Shown here in pieces: positions 1 through 10,344 of a stretch of 58,347 nucleotides of DNA. The DNA lies in NCBI GenBank assembly GCA_963754945.1, contig CAVWIG010000027.1:1-58347 (forward strand). Direction: 5' to 3'. Under the pieces are notes generated by a model that worked only from the letters and a program-made list of their open reading frames with translations, did not search any database and was not told where the DNA came from. The DNA is from Methanotrichaceae archaeon (GTDB taxonomy: Archaea > Halobacteriota > Methanosarcinia > Methanotrichales > Methanotrichaceae). Made by a program: the position numbers and the translations under genes. The first letter of the stretch is position 1. Every line of letters begins with the position of its first letter.

Positions 1-178
1 TAATCACGATGTCAATGTTCGGACGACCTCCGCGGCTAGTTTTATTTTTGTATATCAATGGTTCCAAAAATCTGAAACGCTCCCAATTGATCAACGATCC
101 GATCTCGGATAGATCATCTCCGAGGGCTTTTACTCGAGCATATTCTGCTCGAATGGCAAAATCAATGAGAGTCCTCAT
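1..178 (-). CDS. IS5-family transposase, N-terminal part (partial; not in ORF track)
   Basis: Hand translation MRTLIDFAIRAEYARVKALGDDLSEIGSLINWERFRFLEPLIYKNKTSRGGRPNIDIVI: the L.EI..LI.WE.FR...GGRP pattern of IS5 transposases. Confidence 0.8.
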   Translation of the reverse strand, partial: MRTLIDFAIRAEYARVKALGDDLSEIGSLINWERFRFLEPLIYKNKTSRGGRPNIDIVI

Positions 179-240
179 GCATTATATTATAGTATTAATA
201 GTATATAAGTATTTCGATTGATTAGTTTTTCGAAACTCTC
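1..240 (-). mobile_element. IS5-family insertion sequence, left end (element continues beyond window)
   Basis: Putative terminal sequence GAGAGTTTCGAAAAAC starts at ~240 on the minus strand, exactly where the HEAT repeat pattern breaks; followed by AT-rich promoter region and a transposase ORF. Confidence 0.75.
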
Positions 241-1045
241 CTTTGTCTTTATCCCCGGTAAGCCTGTGGAGGTCCTGCCATGCTTGATCTTTGTCAGGGA
301 CTTGGCTGAAAACCCATCCCAAAGCTTCCGTAGCTTCCTCTCGTACATCTCTGTCTTTATCCCTAGTAAGCCTGTGTAGATCCTGCCATACTTGATCTTT
401 GTCAGGGACTTGGCTGAAAGCCCATCCTAAAGCTACAGCAGCCTCCTCTCGCACATAGCTCTCCTCATCCATTGTAAGGTTGTGGAGATCCTGCCAAGCT
501 AGATTTTTGTCGGGGACTTGCCCAAAAACTATTTCCATGGCTTCTGAAGAAGCTCTACATACAAAAAAGTCTTCATTCTTAATCAATCTGAGGAGATCTT
601 GCCATGCTTGCTTTTTTTCTGGGATTTGACCGAAAAGCTGTCGCATAACTAATACGGCAAAATATCGCACGTTATGGTCTTCATCCGTAGTTAGTCTGTG
701 GAGTTCCTGCCATGCTTGATCTTTATCAGGAACTTGCATGAAAGTGTGCCCCAAAGCTAATGTAGCCGTAATACGCACATCTTTGTCTTCATCCTCAGTC
801 AGCCTTCGGAGGTCTTGCAACGCTTGATCGTTGTCAGGAATTTGGCTAAAAGCCCGTCCCAAAGCTAAAGCAGCTCCCTCTCGCACATTGCTATTTTCAT
901 CCTCAGTTAGCATGTGGAGATCCTGCCATGCTTGAACTTTATCAGTAAGAATTGAGAAATTTATTTTCAGATAATTGACAGCATCCTTGCGGTCCTTATT
1001 CTTATTGCTGGTACTTTTTTTATGGATTTCCGCCTGGTCCGGCAA
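241..1045 (-). pseudogene. HEAT-repeat protein, truncated at 3' end by IS5
   Basis: ~38-aa repeats (PDKDQAWQDLHRLTxDED.xVRxxAAxALGxAFSQ); last repeat stops at GDKDK and reads into IS sequence (stop at 182). Confidence 0.75.
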
Positions 1046-1163
1046 CGAGCTTCACCAAGCACTTATTACTGATCAATGCTAATAATTTATCCCTATAAAT
1101 TTGAGAGACTGAAGAGTAGAGCTGTAAACGAAACCCAGCTAACAAGATGGCGATTAAAGGCTG

Positions 1164-1988
1164 CTATGCAATTAGTAATTCCTTGGATCGGCTCTTCTTG
1201 CTGTCGGGCTTTGCGTTTTCGTAATCAACAATGGCTTTGACTAAACCCTGGCCGGGGCCTACTATCCCTGAGATATCCCCATCGGATGCGCAATTCTGCG
1301 GATTACAGTGCTTCTGGGCGAAGTACTCTGAGATAGTGTCATCCAGCTCCATGAGCTTCTTCACAATGGGGTTTCCTTTGTTTAACTTGTACATCTTGGC
1401 TCTGCCGACCTCTCGTGTGGCCGTAATCAGGTCCAATGCCTCTAACTTCGACCATACCTTAAACAGAGTTGCCCTGCTGAGATCTGTTCCTTCTGCAATT
1501 TCCGTCTTCGAGTAGTCAAACGCCTCGTTGTCCATTAAGAAATCCAACACTTTCAGCATGGGACTTTTGATCCCAAGCTCCCTGATAAACAGGGACTCAC
1601 CGAGAGATGCTTCGTTGTCGCTCCCTCTAACACGGTCACAAGACACTGAAGCATGCTTCGTCCAATACTCCCCAACCTGAGCTAGCTTTTCTTGCCCTAG
1701 TATTTGCTCTACCAGGCGGTTGTTGAGGACTTCGAAAACTCTTACGAAACCGGAGTCCTCATTTAGTGCATAGTATTTGGTCTTGCCGTGGGTATGGGCG
1801 ACCTTCATAAGGCCCCATTTTACGAACTTCTTCACTATGCGGTCCACCGTTGGTCTGGAGACGCTCACCTCCTCCGCAAGCTCGGTGAGGTTGAACTCCA
1901 TATCCTTCAACGGCATGAGAAATTCGATTAGCTTTAACTCACAACCACTTCCGAGCAGACCTTCAAAAGGCACAGGCACCAGTCTCAC
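1164..1988 (-). CDS. tandem winged helix-turn-helix protein (two wHTH modules)
   Basis: Two homologous modules: FNLTELAEEVSVSRPTV...GKTKYYALN and YSKTEIAEGTDLSRATL...GRAKMYKLN. Confidence 0.8.
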   Translation of the reverse strand: MRLVPVPFEGLLGSGCELKLIEFLMPLKDMEFNLTELAEEVSVSRPTVDRIVKKFVKWGLMKVAHTHGKTKYYALNEDSGFVRVFEVLNNRLVEQILGQEKLAQVGEYWTKHASVSCDRVRGSDNEASLGESLFIRELGIKSPMLKVLDFLMDNEAFDYSKTEIAEGTDLSRATLFKVWSKLEALDLITATREVGRAKMYKLNKGNPIVKKLMELDDTISEYFAQKHCNPQNCASDGDISGIVGPGQGLVKAIVDYENAKPDSKKSRSKELLIA

Positions 1989-2045
1989 CTCTAGATCTCT
2001 ATCCTCTTGATATAAAAGTTATTTGTCGATAGTGTAAAATTAATT

Positions 2046-2333
2046 TTACAATCTTTTTATTCGGCCTTGTGTGACAGAATAACCATGCTGACCTAAGGCA
2101 AAGAACGCTCTGGGAATGTCGTTTATATAATATTTAGGTGGGCTCTTTCCAATCCGTGATAGGTAACTCTCGTTTACTAGGACCCTGAGTGTATCCTCTG
2201 CATCTTTTCCGAATTTTCTCTGGTATAGTTTATTTAGCTTATCAGAATGGTATCCCCTATTGGACCTGAGGTTCCTGTTCGAATAAAGAAGATAGAGTAC
2301 AAAGAGTTCTTCCTCTGTCAGGCCACAGGTCAT
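2046..2333 (-). CDS. small basic hypothetical protein
   Basis: 95-aa ORF, AT-rich, co-oriented and directly upstream of the wHTH gene. Confidence 0.65.
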   Translation of the reverse strand: MTCGLTEEELFVLYLLYSNRNLRSNRGYHSDKLNKLYQRKFGKDAEDTLRVLVNESYLSRIGKSPPKYYINDIPRAFFALGQHGYSVTQGRIKRL

Positions 2334-2357
2334 CGCGTCTTAATTAATATCTAATTA

Positions 2358-3755
2358 CTATTTACGCCTGACCTTCAGCACTGCTCCATCCTTCCCGACT
2401 ATCACAACCTTCTCCCCTTTCTCCATAGTCTCCTCCGCCTCGGCCTTCCAGTACTCGCCCTGGAAGCTGACATAGCCATCAGGCGCTAGCCTGTCCAGCG
2501 CCTCGGCCTCTTCGCCGATGATCATGCCGATAACCGGCGGGGCAAACCTGATGCGGGCTATCTTATAGACTGCAAAGGCCAGGAAGCCGCCAAGGATTAG
2601 AGACGGCAGGATGAAGGCAGCGGCAAGCGACCTCTGGTACTCTCCAGGGATGTACCACTGGGGGTAGCTTGTAGGAATCAGCAGGATGCTCCCGATTGTA
2701 ATGCAGATCAGCCCTGCGGCTGCCAGGATCCCAAAGGAATGGCTGTGCAGCTCCACCAGGATCAGGGCCACACCTACGAGCATCAGGAACAGGCCGCCGA
2801 GGTTCACGTCGAACCCCTGACCTATCAAACCAAGCGCTAGGGAAATCACACCGAATGCCTCCGCTCCCCAACCGGGGCTGGATAGGCCGAAGATTATGCC
2901 GTAGAGGCCGACAACTATCAGAAGCCCGGCGATCATGGGGTCCGACAGCAGCTTGAGGAACTGCAGATTTAAGGGCGGCTCGAAGAAGATAACCTCAGAG
3001 CTGTTTGTGGATAGTGTGACGTTCTTCGCCCGTTGGCCGTTCACCTGGCGGAGCAGATCCTGGGGATCGGGGCTGACGTACTCGATGGAGCCGAATTTCT
3101 TAGCGTCGTCAGCGTTTAGGTTCAGGTTGGAGAGCACGAACTCTCTGGCAGCCGTGCTATTTCTTCCGTGCTTTTTTGCCTTCTCCTCAATCATGGCGAC
3201 TATGGCGTTGATGGTCTTGCTATCGTTTATTGGAGTTGTTCCGCCCGTGGCCGATAGCTGGACCGGCTGGGCAGAGCCGATTATCGTGTGTGGTGCCATG
3301 GCAGCCACGTCAGAGCTCATCAGGATCAGAGTGCCTGCAGACCAGGCCTTTGCTCCGTCTGGGTAAACGTAGCCTATCACCGGAAGCCTTGTCCTCTCCA
3401 CGCTGTCGATGATGGAAAAAGTCTCTGTCAGGCCACCGCCTGGAGTGTCCAGGATTATCAAAACAGCCTGGTAGTTTCCTGACTCGGCTTCCTGGATGGC
3501 TGCAGAGACTATGTCATCGCTTGCCGGGGTTATGGCGCTGTCCAACTTTACTGCAAGGACTGGTCCATCCGGTGAAGCCGCCGCTGCCAAGGATGAACAG
3601 ATCAGAAAGAGCGAGCTTGTCAGCAAAAACAAAAGGAAAAATGAGCAGGTTGTCGAGCAGACTAGGTTGGGTTCTGCCGAAGAGCAAGACCCTAACCTAA
3701 CTCCTCTAATTCTGCCGACTAACCCTTTCGGGCTTGAGAGGAGCGAGCGTTTCAT
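2358..3755 (-). CDS. nfeD: NfeD-family membrane-bound serine protease (ClpP-like domain)
   Basis: LDTPGG, AWSAGT (catalytic Ser), IGSAQP, TM segments, C-terminal OB fold GEYWKA; overlaps the slipin gene. Confidence 0.92.
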   Translation of the reverse strand: MKRSLLSSPKGLVGRIRGVRLGSCSSAEPNLVCSTTCSFFLLFLLTSSLFLICSSLAAAASPDGPVLAVKLDSAITPASDDIVSAAIQEAESGNYQAVLIILDTPGGGLTETFSIIDSVERTRLPVIGYVYPDGAKAWSAGTLILMSSDVAAMAPHTIIGSAQPVQLSATGGTTPINDSKTINAIVAMIEEKAKKHGRNSTAAREFVLSNLNLNADDAKKFGSIEYVSPDPQDLLRQVNGQRAKNVTLSTNSSEVIFFEPPLNLQFLKLLSDPMIAGLLIVVGLYGIIFGLSSPGWGAEAFGVISLALGLIGQGFDVNLGGLFLMLVGVALILVELHSHSFGILAAAGLICITIGSILLIPTSYPQWYIPGEYQRSLAAAFILPSLILGGFLAFAVYKIARIRFAPPVIGMIIGEEAEALDRLAPDGYVSFQGEYWKAEAEETMEKGEKVVIVGKDGAVLKVRRK

Positions 3756-4537
3756 TGCGCTCTTTTCGAGGCTTCTCTGTTGAGGGCACTGGTTAGACCA
3801 GCCACCGCACCCGTGCTAACATCACCCGCAGGAGTTACTATTATGAGGTTCTTCTCCCTGGCTATCTCCGCAAGAGTCTGCAGCTCTCTCAGCTTGATGG
3901 CCACAGGTGCCTCGCCGTATAGCTTGGCAGCCTCGGTCATTAGCTTGGAAGCCTGGAACTCTCCATCGGCAAGGATTATCCTGGACCTCTTCTCCCTCTC
4001 TGCCTCTGCCTGCTTGGCAATTGCCCTCATCATAGACTCGGGCAAGCTCACGTCGCGCAAGGTTACGGCGACGACCTTGATACCCCAGGGATCGGTGTGC
4101 TGGTCAAGGATCTCCTGAAGCTTCTTGTTCAGCTCTTCGCGTTTGGACAGCAAGTCGTCCAGTTCAATCTGGCCCAGGACGTCCCGGAGAGTGGTCTGAG
4201 CCAAGAGGCTGGTGGCCATCCTGTAGTTCTCCACCTGAATGACCGCTCTGCCCGGGTCCACAACTCGGTAGTAGATGACAGCGTCCACATCTACGCTTAC
4301 GTTGTCCCTGGTTATGACCACCTGCTTGGCCACATCTATGGTCACAACCCGCAAGTCAAGCTGCACAACCCGGTCAATGATTGGAATTATGAAGAATATG
4401 CCCGGCCCCTTCACTCCGCTGAAACGCCCCAGCCGGAAGATCACTACACGTTCGTACTCTCGAACTATCCTGATGGCCTGGGACAAGATGATGACCACAA
4501 CCAACAGGCCGATCAGAGAACTTGGATCAAACGCCAA
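3752..4537 (-). CDS. stomatin/slipin (SPFH) family protein
   Basis: EYERVVIFRLGR, QTTLRDVLG, DPWGIKV, AKQAEAERE. Confidence 0.95.
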   Translation of the reverse strand: MAFDPSSLIGLLVVVIILSQAIRIVREYERVVIFRLGRFSGVKGPGIFFIIPIIDRVVQLDLRVVTIDVAKQVVITRDNVSVDVDAVIYYRVVDPGRAVIQVENYRMATSLLAQTTLRDVLGQIELDDLLSKREELNKKLQEILDQHTDPWGIKVVAVTLRDVSLPESMMRAIAKQAEAEREKRSRIILADGEFQASKLMTEAAKLYGEAPVAIKLRELQTLAEIAREKNLIIVTPAGDVSTGAVAGLTSALNREASKRAQ

Positions 4538-4615
4538 ATAGACACCTAAAGCTAGTTCGTGCTTATTATCTTAAATAGCTACTGACAAAAGGCAGGGCAA
4601 ATAAGCCTAAGAGAT

Positions 4616-4765
4616 CTATTTCTTGAACTCCGTATATCCACACTTGCCACAGCTCAGCCTCTCGGCGTGCTCCGCCAAAAATACACCCTGGCCGCACCTA
4701 GGACAGACCTGTTTCTTAGCCTTGACTGAATCTCCGCTGACCTCGTAGTACTTGTTTATGGCCAT
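4616..4765 (-). CDS. rps27ae: 30S ribosomal protein S27ae (not in ORF track)
   Basis: Hand translation [49 protein letters not shown]; Zn ribbon, follows S24e. Confidence 0.95.
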   Translation of the reverse strand: MAINKYYEVSGDSVKAKKQVCPRCGQGVFLAEHAERLSCGKCGYTEFKK

Positions 4766-4768
4766 CGG

Positions 4769-5080
4769 TTAAGCCTCCTTCTTGGCTTCTTCCGGGGCTA
4801 CAAAGGTATTTCTCTCTATTATATGCGGCCTCTCCACCTGTTTGGCCCTCTCCTCAGTCTCGTAGATCTTGGCATACCCGATAGTCTCACGCTTGCCGAA
4901 CTCAGTCTTGAGGTTGTCTACGATGACCAAGCCTTCCTTGGAGTTCATTGTGGCAGCGATTCTATCGACGATGCTCTTCCTGGACGGAGTAGCGCTCTCG
5001 TGGTCGACCTTGAAAACTACCTCTCTCCTGTTCAGCAGAGGATTATTCTTATCTTCAATAATATGTATATCCAACTTCAT
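4769..5080 (-). CDS. rps24e: 30S ribosomal protein S24e
   Basis: NPLLNRREV, ATPSR, GYAKIYE; conserved gene context. Confidence 0.95.
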   Translation of the reverse strand: MKLDIHIIEDKNNPLLNRREVVFKVDHESATPSRKSIVDRIAATMNSKEGLVIVDNLKTEFGKRETIGYAKIYETEERAKQVERPHIIERNTFVAPEEAKKEA

Positions 5081-5607
5081 TCCTCCAAAACCATTCTTTT
5101 CATTAGATCCTTGATTTGTTCTTTCTTCTCTAGGGTTACTTCTACCAGAACGCTCCCCTCATTGGGCTGTCCATAGACTACTGCCGATCCGAGAGGTGCA
5201 TAGAGAATAGCAGGCAGGGTTGCCAAATCTTCTTCTCCATCAACTACGATCTTTATGCGCTCAGCTCCGGCCAGGGAGTCCTTGATCAGCTCAATCAGCT
5301 CGGGGTTCAAAGTTGCCGCCGGGTTCTTGACTTTGATAGTCTTATAGCTATCGTACTCCAGTCTGTGCTGGACGTGATCTGGTGCGGGCATCCTCTTGGT
5401 CTTGTTATCAACGACGGTCAGGTCTGGAGTTATTGACGCCTCAAGAAGATAGAAAGCAGTCATATCGCCCACTGCAGCAATCTTTTTTGCAGCTTTAAGC
5501 TCCTTGCCCATTGCTTTTATGCACTCGACGCCGTTACCTTTGCACAGCTTACCGAGAGGGCTTTTCAGCTCAGAGCGCAGCTCTTCTGGTAGAACCAGCA
5601 ACATCAA
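5077..5607 (-). CDS. GTP-dependent dephospho-CoA kinase (DUF359)
   Basis: VGD, VDNKTKR, NPAA, VDGEEDLATLP, YGQPNEG; canonical position between spt4 and rps24e. Confidence 0.9.
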   Translation of the reverse strand: MMLLVLPEELRSELKSPLGKLCKGNGVECIKAMGKELKAAKKIAAVGDMTAFYLLEASITPDLTVVDNKTKRMPAPDHVQHRLEYDSYKTIKVKNPAATLNPELIELIKDSLAGAERIKIVVDGEEDLATLPAILYAPLGSAVVYGQPNEGSVLVEVTLEKKEQIKDLMKRMVLEE

Positions 5608-5608
5608 T

Positions 5609-5794
5609 CTATCGCACCTTCAGAGCGTACCTGCCCGGAAGAGTTATTCCAAGCTTGGTCGCGATTACCGATCCCTTGGGATCGATGACGATGACGTACC
5701 CTCCCCAATCCTTGGATAGCGATGACGAGCCACATATGGGGCACACCAACCCTTCGACTATCCTATGGCATTCCCTGCAGGCCTGGTCGGTCAT
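5609..5794 (-). CDS. spt4: transcription elongation factor Spt4 (RpoE'')
   Basis: ACRECH...CPICGS, W.GYVIVIDP..S.IA, PGRYALKVR. Confidence 0.95.
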   Translation of the reverse strand: MTDQACRECHRIVEGLVCPICGSSSLSKDWGGYVIVIDPKGSVIATKLGITLPGRYALKVR

Positions 5795-6369
5795 TTCGCC
5801 TCAGCCTCTGCGCTCTGGGACTCTGCCTTTTGAACAGTGTCAAGCCAGTCCAGCTTTCCAAGGCCGGTCTGCCTCATGGTCAACCCGATCTTGCTCTCCC
5901 TGGGCTCTTTCTCGTTAAGGCTGACAGCAATTACCCTGGCACGAACTTTCTCCCCCTCCCCAAGGGCTTTGTTGGACTCTTTGCTGACCAGGCGAGCGTT
6001 CTTTTCATCGTAGGATATGTACTCGTTAGTGATCTGGCTTACATGCAACAGGCCGTCAAAAGGCCCTATGCTCAAGAAAGCACCGAACTTCACTATCTCG
6101 ACAACTTCGCCCTCGACTATCTCCTGCATCTCCGGCTTGAAGACAACAGCCTCGAAGTCCACATCGTAGTAGACAGCTCCATCCCCTGCCAGGATTTTGC
6201 CTTCTCCAATCCTATCAGCGCTCAACACTGCAACGATTGTCCCCAGCGTCTTGTCCACCACGGCCTCGTATTTATTGCGCAGTGCAAGCTCAACTGCTTC
6301 CTCGAGAGGGTTTCCCATCTGATCCGGTGGTATCCTGACAATCCCCTCAAGCTTCATCTTCTTGTACAT
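5791..6369 (-). CDS. rpoE: RNA polymerase subunit E' (Rpo7)
   Basis: VRIPP, GDGAVY, S1 domain FGAFLSIGPFDGLLHVSQ, KIGLTMRQ. Confidence 0.95.
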   Translation of the reverse strand: MYKKMKLEGIVRIPPDQMGNPLEEAVELALRNKYEAVVDKTLGTIVAVLSADRIGEGKILAGDGAVYYDVDFEAVVFKPEMQEIVEGEVVEIVKFGAFLSIGPFDGLLHVSQITNEYISYDEKNARLVSKESNKALGEGEKVRARVIAVSLNEKEPRESKIGLTMRQTGLGKLDWLDTVQKAESQSAEAEAK

Positions 6370-6749
6370 CAGAACTCCTTCTTCGTTGCCTCTAGATATC
6401 GACTCTGGCGCAGGTAAATAACGGTTATGCCCTTTCTAATTAATCTTTTCTTAAGCTCTTTATCGTTGGTGAAGACAGCTGCCTTCTCACGGATGGCCAG
6501 ATCCTCTAGGGCAAGATCTGCGTCCTCACCTGAGCTGATGACTTTGCATCGTTCCGCCAAACCCAGGCCTACCCTGGCCGCCAGCTTATCACGCCCTTTG
6601 TCGGCCTTTTCCGTAAGATGCCGAAGCTCTCTTAGCACCGGTCCCGGCACCAAGCATTCCACATACCCCAGGCGCAACATCTCCGAGAAGATGTCCACTC
6701 CGAACTGCTCAGGCACCATCAGGGCGTTGGTATCAAGAAGCACTTTCAC
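6369..6749 (-). CDS. PIN-domain protein (Fcf1-like)
   Basis: VLLDTNAL, V.REL, TNDKEL; conserved position after aIF2gamma. Confidence 0.9.
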   Translation of the reverse strand: MKVLLDTNALMVPEQFGVDIFSEMLRLGYVECLVPGPVLRELRHLTEKADKGRDKLAARVGLGLAERCKVISSGEDADLALEDLAIREKAAVFTNDKELKKRLIRKGITVIYLRQSRYLEATKKEF

Positions 6750-6753
6750 AACT

Positions 6754-8031
6754 CTACTCGATTATCGTCCCAACGCCGATGAGCCGCCACCTGGCCCCCA
6801 TCCGCCTTGACACGGCAACTCTGTCTCCCACTTCAGCACATACAGGCCTCTTGAGCTGGACCTGGACGACTCCTCCTTCCCGGGCGCTGGACACGACGCC
6901 CACAGTCGTGGCCGTTCCCACGTTCAGCATCAACGGCTCGTTGGAGTGGATGGGCTCAACAGTTGACTCGTCTGTAACGCCTACAACTCGCTCGAGGAGC
7001 TGCATCTCCATTATGAAAGAGTTCTTGACAGGAGGGAGCTTGCCGGGCTCGCCTGCGACCTGGCCGACCAGGGTATCGCTCTTTGTCATAACGGGGTCGA
7101 GCATTGTTCCCACGCCGACCAAGCCGCCAGGCGTAATCTCGTCCTGGACCTCACTGCCGGCAAGAAGGGTGACCACCTTAGTCTCCAGGGGAACCCACTG
7201 CTTTCTCCCCTCGGATTCGACCAATCTACCCGGACAGATCTCCAGCTTGTCTCCCGGATGCAGCATGCCCTGGCTGAGGGATCCGCCTATGACGCCTCCC
7301 TTGAGGTTATCCGGCGATGCCCCAGGACGGTTTACATCAAAAGACCTGGCGATCTTGAGCAGGGCAGGCTTCTGTACGTCTCTAGGTGGTGTGGGTATCA
7401 TATTCTCGATGGCCTGAATGACCATGTCGATGTTGATGTTCTGCTGGGCGGAGATGGGGATTATCGGCGCGTTCTCCGCAACTGTGCCCTTGACAAAGTT
7501 CTTGATCTGGTTGTAATGCTCTACTACCTTATCTTTGGAGATCAGATCGACCTTATTCTGTACGATTACGATCTTGTTTATCCCTGTGATGTTGAGGGCC
7601 ATGAGGTGTTCCTTGGTCTGGGGCTGGGGGCATGCCTCGTTGGCGGATATTACCAGCACTGCTCCATCCATGATCGCCGCTCCGCAGAGCATTGTGGCCA
7701 TAAGGGTCTCGTGGCCTGGGCTGTCCACGAAGGATACCGTGCGTAACACCTCGGTCTCTGTGCCGCAGTGAGGACACTTCACCTCAACTGTGAAGCAGTC
7801 TGGCTCGGGACATTGAGGGCACCTTCTGAAGGTGGCATCGGCGTACCCCAGGCGGATGGAGATGCCCCTCTTGATCTCTTCGCTGTGCTGATCGGTCCAC
7901 ACTCCTGAAAGTGATTTGACCAGGGTGGTCTTTCCATGGTCAACGTGCCCCACCATGCCTATGTTGACCTCGGGCTTTTTAGCTATGGTTTTTTTAGCTT
8001 CAGATTTGACTTCCGACTTAACTTCAACCAA
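6754..8031 (-). CDS. eif2g: translation initiation factor aIF-2 gamma subunit
   Basis: [18 protein letters not shown], Zn knuckle, DSPGHE, QNKVD, RWRLIG. Confidence 0.97.
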   Translation of the reverse strand: MVEVKSEVKSEAKKTIAKKPEVNIGMVGHVDHGKTTLVKSLSGVWTDQHSEEIKRGISIRLGYADATFRRCPQCPEPDCFTVEVKCPHCGTETEVLRTVSFVDSPGHETLMATMLCGAAIMDGAVLVISANEACPQPQTKEHLMALNITGINKIVIVQNKVDLISKDKVVEHYNQIKNFVKGTVAENAPIIPISAQQNINIDMVIQAIENMIPTPPRDVQKPALLKIARSFDVNRPGASPDNLKGGVIGGSLSQGMLHPGDKLEICPGRLVESEGRKQWVPLETKVVTLLAGSEVQDEITPGGLVGVGTMLDPVMTKSDTLVGQVAGEPGKLPPVKNSFIMEMQLLERVVGVTDESTVEPIHSNEPLMLNVGTATTVGVVSSAREGGVVQVQLKRPVCAEVGDRVAVSRRMGARWRLIGVGTIIE

Positions 8032-8290
8032 ATTGAGATCTCCTTGGTAATTGTAATGACCTAGTAGTGGTGGAGATCACTATATAAATACTTCATGGTT
8101 TTGGTCAAAGGATCTCAGGCGTATCCGCGATCGGACTCTTTCAAGTCGCAGCTTTTGGTCCGGAAGCTGCTTATAGTCCTCACAGTCAGCTCTCTATCAG
8201 CCATGGCATGTCGGCTAAACTGATGGACGCGTCCTTGGCAACTGACAGGAGCCAGCCCCCATAATCGTTCTTAACGTCTGCCAATCTAGC

Positions 8291-8515
8291 TCAGGCACTC
8301 TCCACCTTATCGAGGACAACTCTGTCCAAGACCTCTTTGAAGGCCTTCCACTGGTCTACAGGTATTCTCAGGCCGTTCTTGGACCAACCGGTATATTTTT
8401 CGGAGGTGACGTACTCTCGGATGTCGATTCCTACAGATCCTTTAAACTCGGTCTTGCGGACTACGACCTCAGTTGTCTCGTTCTTGCGAACCCTGCCGAC
8501 CTCTGCATCTGTCAA
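8291..8515 (-). CDS. PC4/p15-family ssDNA-binding protein
   Basis: EFKG...DIREY.......GWSKNGLRI pattern of the PC4 fold. Confidence 0.8.
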   Translation of the reverse strand: MTDAEVGRVRKNETTEVVVRKTEFKGSVGIDIREYVTSEKYTGWSKNGLRIPVDQWKAFKEVLDRVVLDKVESA

Positions 8516-8614
8516 TGAAGATACCCCAAACTAACTCCTATTTTTAGGTATAATAGAGTAGCGTCAAATTTAAATATGCCATATGTTAACATGATACATG
8601 TTAGCATTTAAGAG

Positions 8615-9421
8615 ATGAGCGCATTGAGCGAAATCGGCAAGAGCGTAAGAATTGAACGGATAATGAATAGAGACAGCGGCAACACAGTCATAATTCCTCT
8701 GGACCATGGAATATCTGTAGGACCCATCAAAGGGTTGGTAAACCTGGCAGACATGGTGGACAAAGTGGCCAAAGGCGGTGCAAATGCCGTCCTCCAGCAG
8801 AAGGGCATGGTCAGGCACGGGCATCGCGGCTACGGAAGCGACGTGGGCCTGATCGTACACATGTCCGGGTCAACATCGCTAGGGCCAGACCCCAACAACA
8901 AGGTCCAGGTTTGCCAGGTAGAGGAGTGCCTTAAGATGGGTGCCGACGCCGTAAGCGTCCACATAAACATAGGTTCCGAGACAGAGTCGGACCAGCTATG
9001 CATTCTCGGCAGTACGGCGGAACGCTGCGACTTCTGGGGAATGCCTCTTATTGCCATGATGTACCCGCGCGGAAAGAACATCTCTAACCCAAATGCTCCT
9101 GACGTCGTGGCCCACGCCGCCCGCGCTGGAGCAGAGCTAGGCGCTGACATCGTCAAGACCAACTATACCGGAGACCCTGATACCTTCAAGCACGTTGTGG
9201 AGGGCTGCCCCGTTCCTGTAGTCATTGCCGGCGGACCCAAGACTGAGACTGACATGGAGTTCCTGCAGATGATCGAGGGTGCCATCGAGGCAGGGGCCAG
9301 GGGTGTGGCCATCGGAAGAAACGTCTTCCAAGCTGAGGACCCAACCAAGATGACCAGGGCGATCTCGGCCATTGTCCACCTGGACAAGACTGCCGAGGAG
9401 GCAATCAAGATCTTGAAGTGA
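8615..9421 (+). CDS. aroA': 2-amino-3,7-dideoxy-D-threo-hept-6-ulosonate synthase (DhnA-type class I aldolase)
   Basis: [33 protein letters not shown]. Confidence 0.85.
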   Translation: MSALSEIGKSVRIERIMNRDSGNTVIIPLDHGISVGPIKGLVNLADMVDKVAKGGANAVLQQKGMVRHGHRGYGSDVGLIVHMSGSTSLGPDPNNKVQVCQVEECLKMGADAVSVHINIGSETESDQLCILGSTAERCDFWGMPLIAMMYPRGKNISNPNAPDVVAHAARAGAELGADIVKTNYTGDPDTFKHVVEGCPVPVVIAGGPKTETDMEFLQMIEGAIEAGARGVAIGRNVFQAEDPTKMTRAISAIVHLDKTAEEAIKILK

Positions 9422-9648
9422 AATTTAGGACAATATTCAAGACAATATTTGAGCAAAAGATCAAGAAACCAGCTTAGATGGCACATCTTCAGCATCTGCG
9501 AGGATATGGAGAAATTCAAACCGTTGAACATGCTTGGAGTCATGGGTTCAGAAATTTTTGATTTAAACCTGAGATCTCCACGAGCCCCCTTTAGGCATGT
9601 CTCGTTCATCACCTTAGACCAGGCAATTGAATCTTGGTCTGCGTATCA

Positions 9649-10344
9649 TCAGAACGGACGAACAGCGCCCCAGCCCATGACATCATCCGCCCCGCCAGAT
9701 ACCGTGATCCTCCCATTCTCTAGAAGGCATGCTCTGTCCCCAATGCATGCCACGTCCCTCAGGTCGTGGGTGACGATGATGCTCGGAACGCCACAAGAAT
9801 GAATCCTCTCCCGAAGATCCCTTCTCATGGCCGCCTGTTTCCTGACGTCCAAAGCAGATAGCGGCTCATCCAGCAGAAGCAGATGCGGCTCTATTATCAG
9901 CGCCCTGGCTAGGGCCACGCGCTGCTTCTGCCCTCCAGAGATGCTCCCTGTTTTGGCCTTTCTGATATCCCAGAGACCGGCAGTTTCAAGATGATCTTTA
10001 ACTAAAAAATCGATCTCTTGCTTAGAGACCTTGCGTGTCCGTAGGCCGAAGGCCACGTTGTCGTAGACGCTCATGTGAGGAAAGAGCGCGTAGCTCTGGA
10101 AGACGTATCCGACATTGCGTAGCTCAGGAGCCACGCTAATTTTCAGGTCGGAATCATAGAGCGGCCTTCCATTCAGCGCTATCCTGCCAGAGTCCGGGCT
10201 GGTCAGACCCGCTACGAGGTTCAGTAGGGTCGTCTTGCCGCAGCCGTTGTCTCCGACAAGCATCAGTATCTCGCCCTCTGCCACTTCGATCTTCACTTCC
10301 AGTTTGAAGTCCCTGAGCTGCTTCTCGACATCAATCTCTAACAT
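9649..10344 (-). CDS. modC: molybdate ABC transporter ATP-binding subunit
   Basis: Walker A GDNGCGKT, SGGQKQR, LLLDEP; adjacent to modB. Confidence 0.9.
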   Translation of the reverse strand: MLEIDVEKQLRDFKLEVKIEVAEGEILMLVGDNGCGKTTLLNLVAGLTSPDSGRIALNGRPLYDSDLKISVAPELRNVGYVFQSYALFPHMSVYDNVAFGLRTRKVSKQEIDFLVKDHLETAGLWDIRKAKTGSISGGQKQRVALARALIIEPHLLLLDEPLSALDVRKQAAMRRDLRERIHSCGVPSIIVTHDLRDVACIGDRACLLENGRITVSGGADDVMGWGAVRPF

